NCBI RefSeq assembly: GCF_006345805.1
Contig: NC_043014.1
Span: 32,240,001-32,304,000, forward strand
Reading direction: 5' to 3'
Origin: Octopus sinensis
Taxonomy: Eukaryota
DNA length: 64,000 nt
This document shows positions 37,738-52,215 of this stretch, piece after piece (position 1 is the stretch's first letter; every line of letters begins with the position of its first letter). The notes under the pieces were generated by a model. The model saw nothing but the letters and a program-made list of their open reading frames with translations. It was not told the DNA's origin and ran no database searches. The position numbers were made by a program, and so were the translations under genes.

Positions 37738-37808
<71 letters not shown>

Positions 37809-37913
37809 GATATATATCTACATACACATATATATATATGCATATATATCTATACACACATATATATATATACATATATATACACTTACATAAATATATA
37901 ATTATACTCACAC

Positions 37914-37961
<48 letters not shown>

Positions 37962-39687
37962 CCATTATTCTTTAGTATTAAGTTTGGATAATAAAAACAT
38001 TAACATCATTTTATATTTTTCATTCAATAATTTTAAATACATTTTAAATATTTAAATATTTTTGACTTCAATATTTTTTTGAAAATTACCTTCCAATGGA
38101 TTTTAATGAATTTGTAATGAATTTTTTCAAAACAAGTTTGTCCATGTGTTGTATTTATATATCTATTTATTCATTTATTTATTTATTTATTTATTATTGT
38201 TATTATTAATTGTTTTGCTGTTTTGTTTTTTTTTGGTGTTGTGGTGCCAAGGATTTTATTTGATATTAATGCTTCCTTAATTTATATTTACAGTTTACCA
38301 TTACTATTTTCATTTTTGTTATATTGCTGAAAAAAAAAATTTTATATTTTTATTTTTCAGACGTTTTAAATGGAAAAAAAAATTGTTTGTATTTTCTTCA
38401 ATTGTCTTTATTGTTTTGTTTTTAAATGAAATCATTTTAAAAACACAAAGAAAAATAATAAATACACAAAATAAAATAAACCAAGCAAATCTAAGCTAAT
38501 TTTGTTTACTGATATTATTGTTTTACTATTTGCTTTTTTAATTCAATATTCTTGTTGTTGATGTTGTTTTTACTCATTTTTACTATTATTCAGTATTTTC
38601 ATCTACTGCGTAAATCATTGTTTTGTTGCTAATACAAAAAAAAAACCCCAACAAAAACAGCAACACTAAACAATTGTGCCAATTTACAATTAATTATGCT
38701 ATATTTTTGGACTACATTGTATTTGAAATTAACTTTAAAATTTAAAAAAAATTTTGTAAAATTAAAAAATGATAAATAGATGAAATAAATCAATGCATAA
38801 ATAGATAAATATTGTGATTTATTTTCTAAATATCTTTGAATTTTTTGTTTTATTTTTTCATTTGTTAGCCATCTGTGTGCGTGTGTGTGTGTGTTGGTGT
38901 GTGTGTGAGTGTGTTTGTGTGTGTATATTTGTGTGTATGTGTATGTATGTATATCTGTGTGTTTGTATTTACGTGTGTGGATGTACATGTGTATATGTGT
39001 GTGTGTAAGTGTGAGTGTGCTTTTGCATGTATGTTTGTGTGTATGTGTGTGTATCTATGTATGCAAATGTGTTTGTGGGTGTTTGTGTTTATGTGTGTGT
39101 GTGTGTAAATTTGTGTGTACAAATAAAAAGAAAGAGTACTCATTACATTGTGTAGAGTATATACATTTACAGTTGAGTAGTTTTCAACTCATACAGCCAT
39201 AATTCAAAGTATGGCGGAGATGTAATACGCTTGTCTATGAACCCGCAATCTATGGCCGTTTGAACCAAAATCTCTGAGTCATTATGTTCCTGCTCAGTTT
39301 CTATCAACCACTCTGTCTCTCCTCGATACCTGTCATGTGTCTATTGTAGGCATGTTGCCTGTGTAACAGAAGATGGAATTTTAATCCTCACATTTACCAC
39401 CCATATCTATTTTTCTCCTTCTCTCTCTGTTTTATGTAACAAAGGATTTTATTAGTTGTGTTAGCACCTGATACACCCAACCATCATCTCCCTGTTCCTT
39501 GTGTCATTCATTTTTAATATTCATCACTCTCTATCCATCTATAATAATCCATTATTCACCTCTTCTTGATGTTCATTACTATTTCTAACCAACATCTATT
39601 ACAATCTTTTACTCTTCTATTTCTCTCTCTGCTTCTCTGTCTCTGTCAGTTCATTTGCCTGTCTGCCTATCTATCTGTCTGTCTGTC

Positions 39688-39718
<31 letters not shown>

Positions 39719-41444
39719 GTTTGTCTGTCTGTATCTAGCTCTCTCTCCCTCACCTCAAACATATAACTGCTATCACTGTTTCTAACTTATATCCCCTTCC
39801 ACTTGCTCAAATCAACCTATTTAAGATATTTTGCTTGATGATCCACAATAATCTCACCTCTAACATAATTTCTTTCTTGCATTATTTTATTTAATATTGT
39901 TATTTATATATTCATATTTCATTGTGATAGTTATTGTAGTTGAGGTCATGGCCATAGTGTTGGTAGGATATTTTGACTAGACATTGACTCTTAATTTTTA
40001 CTATTTATTGATTTCATTTGACAATAGATAATGTATGTGAATATTGAGATTTTTTATGATATGTTTGTGTATGTGAGTTGTTTATAACAACAAGAGAAGA
40101 AGTTCTCACTGAAGGCATATAGATATGTGCTGTGTGTAAGAAGTAAGATGGAGGGGTATCTCAGCTAGATTACTAGGTGGTGGTGATGGTGATGGTGATG
40201 ATTCCAGTGATGCCATCTGCCATTACTTTCTTGAATGTGCAAGCAATCAAATGACTAGGCTGGATTATAATGCAAAAAAAAGTCTATTATTAAATATGAT
40301 GCCAATACTTCACTATTTCAAGGCTGTTAAGTCTCAAAACAAACCATGTGTGTTATACATGAAGATCAGTAATTCTCAAATGGAAAGACTATATGATTCC
40401 TAAAAGATAACAACTGTACTTGTCTTGATGCTAAAATACAATATTTAGCTTAACTTTCAGCCCAGTTTTTCAAAACTGATTTCTTGGCATTCCCCTATAT
40501 CATAGATTGCAGGCAAGAACAGAGCAACTGTTTCTGTCTTGCTAATAGGAATCAACATTTACTTTAAATTTCATTTGGCTTTATTTAATAAATATCTTTA
40601 CTAACTCATATTTCTGTTGTAGGTTCATCCAGTTTGCAGTTTGAAATTTACTTATACAGGTGTATGTTCGAAAACTTCAAGTTTGTATTTATTTACAAGG
40701 AGGCATGTTGAGAATGTTTTTTTTTTCTTCACTTTAATATACAGCCAGAGTGAACCAGAACCTTGTGTTTTTTCGGTTGGACATAGCTGACAGTGGCTAC
40801 TGAAATCATTCTATACCTTTACCTATGCAACAATATTATATTTTATTCTATGGTTGCTTTCTCCACTTTCTCAATGTATTTGAAAAAATACATAGGCCGA
40901 AATATATGGCTCTGTTGTGTATATCTGATTTTAAAGGTATTCTTGGTTAACCTAATGTACTTATTTACTGTACATTTGTCAACCCTACATTCGTTCTGTG
41001 TAACAATTTTTTTAGAGGCATATTTTATCCAAAGAGCACCTGCATTTTTTGACTTGTTTCTGTAAAGTTCACAGATTTTTGGTTGTGGTTAGTCATTAGT
41101 AGGTTTATTTTATCCATGCAACTATAGCTAACCTTAACAGAATGCTGGTTGAAAAATTTTTTGATGTCTGTGTGAACAGGGTAGAGCATACAGTAGGTCC
41201 TAGTAACATTTGATGAGGCATTAAAGTAAGGGATATATAAAATATTTTTTATATACCTCTAAATATTGTATTATTTTATGTGAATTGTTCTGTTTTTCAG
41301 CTTAATTATAAAACCACTTTTGGTTAAAATTGTAGTTTGGTGTTGCATTGTTAAATATTGCTCTGTTTGATGACATGTTAGATAAGCATCTGCTATTGTT
41401 GCCTATAATATAGTGTATGACTGCATGTAGATGGTTTGAACTCC

Positions 41445-41475
<31 letters not shown>

Positions 41476-41823
41476 TATTTCTCTGTTGGGTTTATAGCAG
41501 AAGTGAAATATTTTCTGTAAAGTTAAAAGTTGCACCTGGAAAACTTGTTATCTTCAGGTTTGTATTTATCATAATGTTAAAATCAAATTCTTTAAAAGTG
41601 ATAATTAATGTACTTTCTGAGTTTATTCATGCCATACCCATTCACACTATGGGATATAACAAGCCTGTAGTCTGTATAAAATCCTATATTGGTGGATATT
41701 GTTCTGTTCTGTATAATCTATCCAATTTGTTTCCACTTAAGAACAATGTTTCAGCTGGTAGATACAGCCAAAACGTTTTTATTGTAGACAAAGATGTAAA
41801 ATGGAAATGATATAGTGGCATAT

Positions 41824-42119
41824 TTACTCTTTTACTTGTTTCAGTCATTTGACTGCAGCCATGCTGTAGCATCGCCTTTAGTCGAGCAAATCGACTCCAG
41901 GACTTATTCTTTGTAAGCCTAGTACTTATTCTTTCGGTCTCTTTTGCCTAACTGCTATGTTACAGGGACGTAAACACACCAGCATCGTTTGTCAAGCAAT
42001 GTTGGGGGGACAAACACAGACACACAAACATATACACACACATACATATATATATATATGTCCAACCCATGCTAGCATGGAGAACGGACGTTAAATGATG
42101 ATGATGATGATGATGATAT

Positions 42120-42150
<31 letters not shown>

Positions 42151-42310
42151 GACGGGCTTCTTTCAGTTTCCGTCTACCAAATTCATTCACAAGGCTTTGG
42201 TCGGCCCGAGACTATAGTAGAAGACACTTGCCCAAGGTGCCACACAGTGGGACTGAACCCAGAACCATGTGGTTCATAAGCAAGCTATTTACCACACAGC
42301 CACTCCTACG
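41824..42310 (-). mobile_element. SINE family A, full length, with a 57-bp RTE-UTR tail inserted in its (TA)n (42061-42117)
   Basis: Consensus match; insert TCCAACCCATGCTAGCATGGAGAACGGACGTTAAAT(GAT)n. Confidence 0.9.
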
Positions 42311-42944
42311 CCTATATATTTATATGTTTTAAATAGTTCCAGTGACACTTCCATGATGTATGTATGTCTCATCATTATCATCATTATCCTCATCATTGTC
42401 ATCACCATCATAACCAATGTTTTCACATTTGCTTTTTCCATGCCGGCAGTGGTTGGACGAGAGTTATTGAAGCAGTATTTCTATGACTGGATGCTTTTCC
42501 TGTTACAAACACCTGCTTTAAAAGTAAGGTAGTTTTGAAACAGTGAGCTGTAAGAATTTACAAGAAATGTAATCACTGTTATCTGTTTGGTTCACAAGGT
42601 GAAAATATGAAGACACATGGAAATACTGAAACAACCATGCATACACATACATATATATGTATATGTGTCTCTGTGTGTGCATGTATGGTGTATGTGTGCA
42701 TGCATAAGTGTTATATGCATATATGTGTGGTGCATGCGCATGTGTGTATGTGTGTATGTGTGTGTGAGTGTAACTCTGGCCTTTGTACAGTTTCTGTCAT
42801 TCAAATTTCACTCACAAGCCATTGGCTGGATGAGGCTATTGGAGAAGATATTTGCCCAAGGTACATGCATTGGTATGGAACCCAAAATCACATGGTTGAG
42901 AAGTGAGCTTTTTAATCACATAGCCTTGACAGCATCAACAGCCA

Positions 42945-43145
42945 TGCATGCCACATAAAAAGCACTCAGTCTGCTCTACTGGGTGATTGGTGCTAGGAAG
43001 GGCATCCAACTGTAAAAATCCTTCCAAAACAGACGTAGAAGTTTGTCTGGTGCAGGCTCCTGTCTGGCAAGCTCCTGTCAAACTGTCTGACCAAGCCAGC
43101 CAGCATGGAAAGTGCATGTTAAACAATAATGATGGTGAGGATGAC
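42945..43145 (+). mobile_element. RTE 3' UTR copy
   Basis: CCACATAAAAAGCAC...GGAAGGGCATCCAAC...GCATGGAAAG...GATG. Confidence 0.7.
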
Positions 43146-43150
43146 AATGG

Positions 43151-43185
<35 letters not shown>

Positions 43186-43473
43186 ATGTGTGTGTGTGTG
43201 TGTGTAGTAGGTTGAAAAGGAACACACGAGTTGATATATGTGGAAAAAAAAGGTCAAGGTAGAAAATGCTAAAATAATCTTATAAAAAACATTTCAGTAC
43301 TGGTTTCAGTCATTGAGACTTTTTTAACTGTAAATATGGAAAACAATTAAATTTTTGAAAAATTAAAAGAAAAGTTTTTTAAAAGATTATTTGCATAGCA
43401 TTCAAATACAAGGAACATTTTCTTTGCTTCTGCCTGTCTCTGTCTCTCTTGTTTACTCTTGTGGGTTTGAGGT

Positions 43474-43508
<35 letters not shown>

Positions 43509-43544
43509 GTGTGTATGTATGTATGTATGTATATTATATAGGTA

Positions 43545-43708
43545 CAGACATAGCTGTGAGGTAAGAAGTTTACAAATTTACTTTCCTACCACAAGGTTTC
43601 AGGTTCAGTCCCACTGCATGGCACCTGAGGCAAGTGTCTTCTACTATAGCCAAAGGCCAACCAAAGCCTTGTGAGTAGATTTTGTCGATGGAAAGTGAAA
43701 GAAGCCTA

Positions 43709-43741
<33 letters not shown>

Positions 43742-43965
43742 TGTGTGTACCTTTGTGTCTGTGTTTGTCCCCTCCCTCTACTTGACAACCAATGTTGGTG
43801 TGTTTACATTGCCATAACTTAGTGGTTCCGCAAAAGTGACAGATAGAGTATTACCAGGCTTAAAAGAAAAGTACTGGGATCAATTCATTCAGTTTAAAAT
43901 TCTTCAAGGCTGTACCCCAGCATGGCCATAAACTAAAGGCTGAAACTAGTAAAAGACAAAAGATA
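43545..43965 (+). mobile_element. SINE family A-like
   Basis: Head, (TG)n and 3' domain ending AGTAAAAGACAAAAG. Confidence 0.85.
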
Positions 43966-43978
43966 AAAAACATATATA

Positions 43979-44385
43979 CTCTTTACTCTTTTACTTGTTT
44001 CAGTCATTTGACTGTGGCCATGCTGGAGCACTGCCTTTAGTCGAGGAAATCGACCCTAGGACTTATTCTTTGTAAGCCTAGCACTTATTCTATCGGTCTC
44101 TTTTGCCGAACCGCTAAGTTACAGGGACGTAAACACACCTGCATCAGTTGTCAAGCGATGTTGGGGGGGACAAACACGGACACACAAACATACACACACA
44201 TGCATACATATATAGATATATACGACGAGCTTTTTTTAGTTTCCATCTACCAAATCCATTCACAAGGCTTTGGTCAGCCCGAGGCTATAGTAGAAGACAT
44301 TTGCCCAAGGTGCCACGCAGTGGGACTGAACCCAGAACCATGTGGTTGGTAAGCAAGCTACTTACCACACAGCCACTCCTACGCC
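43979..44385 (-). mobile_element. SINE family A, full length
   Basis: Reverse complement of the consensus, tail-to-tail with the previous copy. Confidence 0.9.
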
Positions 44386-44703
44386 TATATATGAAATGTA
44401 TTTTTAAAATATATAAAAGAATGAGTAGTAGAAGTACTAAATTTTAATATATAATTCACAGTTAAAGAAATTGTAGCATATCATCTACTCAGCTAATTAG
44501 TATTAAAATTATATGAAATGGGTGTATTTTGGCATTGTCAACATTTAATCACATGATTAGCATTGGACTAAATCCATTGCAAAGATTGAATGGTCTTAAG
44601 TAGTCAATCAGTGTTTGAGCAACAGTTTTTATTTATCCCAACACAGGAAAACTCTCTTTCTGCCCACCAACAATTATGTAAGGAATGCTTCCTCACATTA
44701 TAG

Positions 44704-44740
<37 letters not shown>

Positions 44741-45329
44741 GAGAGACAAGATCACAAGCCAAGCAGACGTCTTACTGTTTTTTTCTTGTTGCTAATGCTG
44801 TCCAGCACATAGAACAATGTTTCGCAGTACACAGAACCAAGCCATGAATTACTAAACCAGTTACTTCTCAATATGTAAGACATTTGCCATGTATTTTTAT
44901 AACTGTTGCAATAAAGAATAGCTGCATTAAATTTACCTGGTTCTTCTTGTCATTAGTTTATCCACACTCACTCCAGGCACACAGACCAGACCAGTTAATG
45001 CATAACCAACACACAGCTACATCAAGATGAACTAGTCTTAGTTAACTTAACCAAAACTTATAACCATCAGTCATTACAAAGTCATATGTGTTTGGACTGA
45101 ATATTTTTCAGAAAGAAGGCAAAATAGTTAAAAAGGAAGAAAAAGGCAAAGAGAGGATATCTGAAAGCAATTGTATCAAATGACCCCCATGAAGGGGAAT
45201 AAGAAGTGGCTCAAGAAAGAAAGTGGATTTTCGGCTGCGGGAACAAATGACAAACAAGCAAATGGGGGAGGGACATCATCATCATCATCATCATCATCGT
45301 CATCATCATCATCGTCATCATCACCATCA

Positions 45330-45545
45330 TCATCATCATCATTTAACGTCTTTTGTCCATGCTGGCATGGCCTGGACAATTTGACTGAACTGGCACACTG
45401 GAAGGCTGCATCAGACTCCAATCTGATTTGGCATGGCTTTTTATGGCTGGATGCCCTTCTTAATGCCAACCACTCTGAGAGTGCAATGGGTGCTTTTTAT
45501 GTGCATGACACCAAGGTGCTTTTATGTGCCACTGGCATTGGTGCC
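45330..45545 (-). mobile_element. RTE 3' UTR copy with (CAT)n tail
   Basis: CATTTAACGTC...GGATGCCCTTCTTAATGCCAACCAC. Confidence 0.75.
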
Positions 45546-45920
45546 AATTTGCATGACAATACATGTAAATGTAATTTGCAAAATGACAACTCACTTCAAA
45601 ATATAAACAAAAATATTTGAAAGTTTACAAAAGGGCAATTTAAAATGAATTGCTTATTTGAAATTATTTTTACATGCATTTACATTTATTATAACAAATA
45701 TATTTTCAATGATGCTACCTGTATTATAAACTATATTATACTGTTGAGAAAAGAAAATAGAAAGCTATGATAATGAGGTTCAATATCCAACATTTAAGCA
45801 TTTACTTATTCGTTTTACTTACTCAAGAGATAAAGTTTATTTTTGAATATTCCTGGCTTCATTTTTACTCTTTTGCAATCCCACAGCAAATATTTACCAT
45901 ATATTTTCTAAAGCAACCAT

Positions 45921-45950
45921 CAAAATCTTGTGTGTATGTGTGTGTGTGTG

Positions 45951-45981
<31 letters not shown>

Positions 45982-46192
45982 TGTGTGTGAGTGTGTGTGT
46001 GTGTGTGTGAGTGTGTGTGTGTGAGTGTGTGAGTGTGTGAGTGAGTGTGTGTGTGTGAGTGAGTGTGTGAGTGTGTGTGTGTGTGTGTGTGAGAAAGTGT
46101 GTGTGTGTGTGAGTGTGTGTGTGTGTGTGTGAGTGTGTGTGTGTGAGTGTGTGTGTGTGTGAGTGAGTGCGTGAGTGAGTGTGTGTGTGTGT

Positions 46193-46232
<40 letters not shown>
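45921..46232. repeat. (GT)n/(GTGA)n compound microsatellite
   Basis: Directly visible. Confidence 0.95.
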
Positions 46233-46234
<2 letters not shown>

Positions 46235-46539
46235 CTTCCACAATATAGAATCAACACAGAGTAAGACTGTCTTCAATTTTGTTTTGTTTTCTGAATACAA
46301 ACTATGAAATAAAGGGAAAATGTATTTGCCCCAATATGTATAAGCTATATAGATTATCTGCATATATGTATGCGTTATTTAGATTATTTAAACTGCTAGC
46401 CTGTCACACACACAAACTCACATCTTTCATTTCCAACACCCATGTATGCATTTATCCATCATTCCAGTCAGTGTAACTCCTCCCATAACTATATGATATA
46501 AAGCATGACAGAAATTAAGCAACCGATCGACCAACTATC

Positions 46540-47040
46540 AAACAAACAAGCAATCAACCGTCCAACCAAGAAGCAATCACCCAACCAACCAACCAATCAA
46601 CCAACAAGTCAGCCAACCAACCAATCAACCAACAAGTCAGCCAACCAACCAATCAACCAGCAAGTCAGCCAACCAACCAATCAACAAACCAGCAACCAAC
46701 CAATCAACAACCAGCCAGCCAACCAACCAATCAACCAACCAATAATCAACCATCCAACCAAACAATCAACTAATCAAACAACCAACGAACCATCCAACAA
46801 TCCAACAAAGCAACCATCCAACAAAGCAACCATCCAACAAGCAACCATCCAACATCCAACCAACCAACCAACCAATCAACAGCCAACCAACCCAAACCAA
46901 CCAGCCAATAAACAGCCAAACAAAAACCTACCAACTAGCAACCAACCAGCAAATCAACAAACAAATCAACCACCAAACCAATCAACCTACCAACCAATGA
47001 ATTAACCAACCAGCCAACCACTTAACAACCAACCAATCAA
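46540..47040. repeat. Degenerate (CCAA)n tetranucleotide array
   Basis: Directly visible; ORF 46505-47005 is its translation. Confidence 0.9.
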
Positions 47041-47160
47041 CCCCAGATTTCAACTGGTACTTACTTTATTGACTCTGAAAGGATGAAAGGCAAAGTTAAC
47101 CTCAGTGGAATTAGAACTCAGAACATAAAATAGACAAAATGTTGTTTATGATTAGATATT

Positions 47161-47540
47161 CTTTTACTGTTTTACATGTTTCAGTCATTTTACTGCAGCC
47201 TTAAGTTGAGCTAATCGACCCCAGGACTTATTCTTTGTAAGCCTTATTCTTAGTCTCTTTTGCCAAACCGCTAAGTTACAGGGACGTAAACACACCAGCA
47301 TCTGTTGTCAGGCAATGTTGGGGGAACAAACACAGACACACAAACATATACATACACACACATATATATATACATATGTACGACGGGCTTCTTTCAGTTT
47401 CTGTCTACCAAATCCACTCACAAGGCTTTGGTCGACCTGAGGCTATAGTAGAAGACACTTGCCCAAGGTGCCACGCAGTTGGACTGAACCCAGAACCATG
47501 TGGTTGGTTAGCAAGCTACTTACCATACAGCCACTCCTGC
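47161..47540 (-). mobile_element. SINE family A, preceded by a family B fragment at 47045-47145 (-)
   Basis: Consensus matches. Confidence 0.85.
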
Positions 47541-49726
47541 ACATAAATTTTAATAACAAATTCTTATATGGACCCCCAAGGGTCATATGAACCCCAGTTG
47601 AGAACTACAGTTCTGGAAGATCTTTAAGAAAACAAAAGAAAGCTAAAAGTTAGCATCCAAGAATCGAACCTTTGCTTCCTCTCTAAAGATCAGCAAGCAT
47701 CATCGACAACAGCAAGAAGAAGAAGAAGGAGAAAAGAAAGATGAGGAGAAAAGAAAGATGAGGAGAAAGAGGAAGAAAAACAGGAGGAGAAGGAGGAGGA
47801 AGAGGACAGCAACTGTTGTTAAGCCTGAGTAAACTAAAAGTAAATCCCAAAAGTAAATCAAAAGTAAAGCAATCTAGATTAAGCTCTAAAAGCAAGCTAT
47901 ATGTTATAGCAGCAGCAGCAGCATCAGCAGCAGCAGTAGTAGTAGTAGTAGCAGTAGTAGTAAATAGAACATCTATAGATTGGTCCATTGTTCAGATTTA
48001 TTAGGATGAGTTCATTTATTAACAATATCTATCCAATTGGAAGAATTACTTAATCAAATATTCATTAGTGTTCATACACACACACATGTACGTGTGTGTG
48101 TGTGTGTGTGTGTATGTACGTTTGCATTTGTGTGTGTATATGTACATATAATATATATGTATATATACATATATATAATTAGATGTGTATATGTATATAT
48201 ATATATATATATACATGCACACACAAAGATGTGTATATATATATATATACACACACACACACAAAATGCGTGCATGTGTATACATACATGCATTAAAGGT
48301 GGTTTGCATGGTCATACTCTCTCTTCTACTTTCCCCTGTATATATATATATATATATATATATATCCTCTATCTATCTGTCTATCTATCTATCTATCTAT
48401 ATATAGATAGATAGATAGATAGATAGAGGAACGTACACGTGTGAGTGTGTGTGTCTGTCTGTGTACATGTTTGCATATTTCATATGCATGCACATGTGAT
48501 TGTACGTGTGTATATTTTGTATATGCTAACAGTGATTTGCATGTTCATGTTACATATATTGAGATATATATGTATGTATGTACCTCAATATTTGTCTGTA
48601 TCTCTCTCTCTCTCTCATTCTCTCATTCTCTCCCAAACTTCTTCTGTCTTCTAACAAGGAGACATTGTTACTTCACTCTAACTTATACCATTAAGTAGAT
48701 ATATCAGTCAAACACAGGAACACAATTTACTTCAGAAATGCTATTATACAACATTACTCACATTGGAATGTCTTGTATAATATTGTATAATACTATTCAT
48801 TACTGTTTAATGCTGTACACTTCTGCACAATATTGTACAGCACTGTGTATCTGTTTAAAAATTTGTGCAAGATTGTTCATTACTGTATATTAGTGTGCCC
48901 TACTATGCAATACTATAAAAAAAAATGCTTGTGGGTGCACTTTGATACACCTCCACAATCATACTCCTCTTCCAATGGGGGGGGGGTAACTGTGTAGCAA
49001 GAAACCTATGCCTGTCCATCTGTCACACTTTAACCTCTCCAAGCATAATGCCTAATGCCAGGTATAGTACCACCTCCTTCAATACTATATGCTACTCAGC
49101 TGAAGGGTCTTGTCTTGCAAGTTATTTGGTGACCTTACTGCTCTTGGGGCCACATGAAAGTGTCCAGTGCACTCAGTAAAGTGGTTGGAATTAGGAAGAG
49201 CCTCCAGCCATAGAAACCATGCCAAACCAGACACTGGTGCTTGGTGCAGTCCTCTGGATTGTCATTTCCTGTATATGTATATATATATATGATGGGCTTC
49301 TTTCAGCTCCCATCAGTCAAATCCACTCACAAGGCTTATGTCAGCCCAAGGCTAGAGTAGAAGACACTTACTCAAGGTGTTATAAAGTGAAACTGAAACC
49401 AAAACTATGTGGTTTGGAAATAAACTTCTTACCACACAGCCACACCTATAGAAACGTTACCCTTCCATACTACTAACCACTACCCCTGCTCTCTTCACCC
49501 CCAGAGGTCACTCATGATTGATACACATCACACTCTCCCTCCACATACCATTTCTATGTTAATCCTCTCTAACTTCTGTTGCTCCCATTCTGCCCTACCA
49601 TAACTACCCTTCTTTTAATACTCATTCTCACAGACTCACATTTTCTTCTCATTCTCATACTGTCACCCCAATCACTCCATCTTTTCCACCATACGCTCAA
49701 TTCTTCTCCATTCCACCATGTTTTAA

Positions 49727-49930
49727 CCTCTTTAGCATTCACATTTTTCTGTCAGAATTAGTGCTTATTTATTCACATTGTTTTGAATTAATCATGCATT
49801 ATCTTGTAACTTCAAGATTTTGATGATGTGATTGTTTATTTTCAAAATAATCTTGTAGAGTAAGTGTGAGAGGTTGGTTTTGGCAGATGGAATATTTTGG
49901 CTGGTTGTGACCAGCTTAAATGCTAAAGGG
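49727..49930. mobile_element. piggyBac-like MITE
   Basis: TTAA|CCTCTTTAGCATT ... AATGCTAAAGGG|TTAA. Confidence 0.85.
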
Positions 49931-50164
49931 TTAACTCTTGAAGTCATCCAGACTCATATCCATTGCTACTGGTTACAATATATCAAGCAACCAGAGACAA
50001 CATACACTGGTAAAGACTTGTATATTGTCTTGCAGGATACAAGGCAACCTCACAAGTGTTGGTGCCATAGTAAAATGTGCCCAGTACGCTCTGTAGTGTG
50101 GTTGGTGAATGAATGAAGACAACGTAGATCTATGAAGACCTTTTAGTCCTGTCTAATTGAAAAT

Positions 50165-50490
50165 ACAACAGCATCATCATTGTTTTACGTCTGCCTTCCA
50201 CGCTGGCGTGGGTTAGACGGTTTGACAGGAGCTGGCCCGGCAGAAAACTACACCAGGCTACTGTGTCTGTTTTAGCAAGGTTTTTATAGTTGGATGCCCT
50301 TCCTAACACCAACTACCCTATAGAATGAACTGAGTGCTTTTTATGTGGTGCCACCACAAGTAAGGTCAGTTTTGGCCTGATTTTTACTGTTGGATCCCCT
50401 TCCAAATGCCAACCACTTCACAGAGTGGGCTGGATGTTTTTTTATATGGCATCAGCACTGGAAGGGTCACCAAGTAACTTTGCAAGACAA
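50165..50490 (-). mobile_element. RTE 3' UTR copy with duplicated core
   Basis: Two GATGCCCTTCC..GCCAAC cores at about 50293 and 50393. Confidence 0.7.
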
Positions 50491-50553
50491 GGAATCTTTG
50501 AGAGGGGCATTGGAGGAAGTGATCTTATGTCAGATTACAAAAGGTTAGAATGT

Positions 50554-50609
<56 letters not shown>

Positions 50610-50650
50610 AACAAGTGTCTTGCTGAAGAAAAGGTACATGGTTATCTGGC

Positions 50651-50685
<35 letters not shown>

Positions 50686-52000
50686 ATCAAGAAAGAGGAC
50701 AGCATCTCTAGTGTTATTACTTGGTGATCTTATTGCCACGATAAGATTCATTCAGTTACACTCTGTAATGTGGTTGATCTTAAGAAGGTTACCCAATCAT
50801 AGAAACCATGATAAATACAAAGTACAAGAGAGATGTGGTCTCTTGGTGCATTTGGGAAGGCAATAACATTAATTAAGAACTGACTTTGTATATAACAATC
50901 TACCCAATACGTGTCTGTATGGAAAGCAAAAGTAAATTGCTTATTATTATTACTACAGAAATCATTGTTATTATCATGATGCTGATGCGAATGATAAAGA
51001 TATATATGTGCATACATGCACGTTTATATGTATGTATGTGTATGTATGTATGTATGTATGTATGTATGTATGTATGTTTGTATGTATGTATGTATGTATG
51101 TATGTATGCGTGTATGTATGCAAGTATGTGTATGTATGTATGTATATATATATATATATGTATGTATATGTATATGTATATAAGCATACTTATGTATATG
51201 CACACACACACACACATATATATATATGCATGCATAGATACACATACATGCAAATATATATGTATGTGTGTATATATGTGTGTATGTATTTGTGAGTGTG
51301 TGTATAAAGGAGCAGCTTTTGTATGTTTGCATGTATGTGTTAGGTTCTCTCACTCCTTTTGTTATTATTGTCGTTGTTGTTGTTGTTGTTGCTCCATCAT
51401 TTTTCTCTCCACCTTTCAATCTATTTAACTTGATCAGCAACAACTACAACAGCAACATTATCTTCGACACCACCACCACCACCACTAACAACATCAACAA
51501 CAACAACAAATATGAGTAAATCAATAGTACTTTTTATTGATTTTTTTCAAAGTGATTTCAAGTTTCATTCATTTATACCAGGTGATATTTCTATAGATGT
51601 TACTCAACCACCCCAACACTACCACCCTCACTATGCTACCATACTACCAGTGTTACTAAGACTTACACTACCAATACACACATTAGTATTGCAGATGCGC
51701 ACACATGCACCCATGTGTACACAAACACACACACACACTCCATACTACACACCACTACACACTTCAAATGTACCAAAGATGGAGCAGCTTCCTCATAGAT
51801 ATTCGACTTGCTAGAAAAAGCAGCCAAATTTCATGAAATTAAATCCTATCTAACTGAAAGAGACTGGACATCTGTAATACTGTTAACCGTCCAAAAAGAC
51901 AGTATGACTGTAGTTAGTACTTTTCATCAGTTTTCCCATTCAGAAACAACCTAATGTTAAACCATGCACTCTGTCATCACATATTAATATTATATACATG

Positions 52001-52178
52001 GAGCAGGAGTGACTGTGTGGTAAGTAGCTTGCTTACCAACCACATGGTTCGGGATTCAGTCCCACTGTGTGGCACCTTAGGCAAGTGTCTTCTACTATAG
52101 TCTCGGGCCAACCAAAGCCTTGTGAGTGTATTTGGTAGGCAGAAACTGAAAGAAGCCCATCGTATATATGTATATGTG

Positions 52179-52215
<37 letters not shown>

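Noticed and set aside
40328-40355. Slight resemblance to the 18S rRNA 5' region (GTCTCAAA..CCATG)
   Set aside because: The match is short and does not extend; chance.
46505-47005. 166-aa N/Q/P-rich ORF
   Set aside because: Translation of degenerate (CCAA)n.
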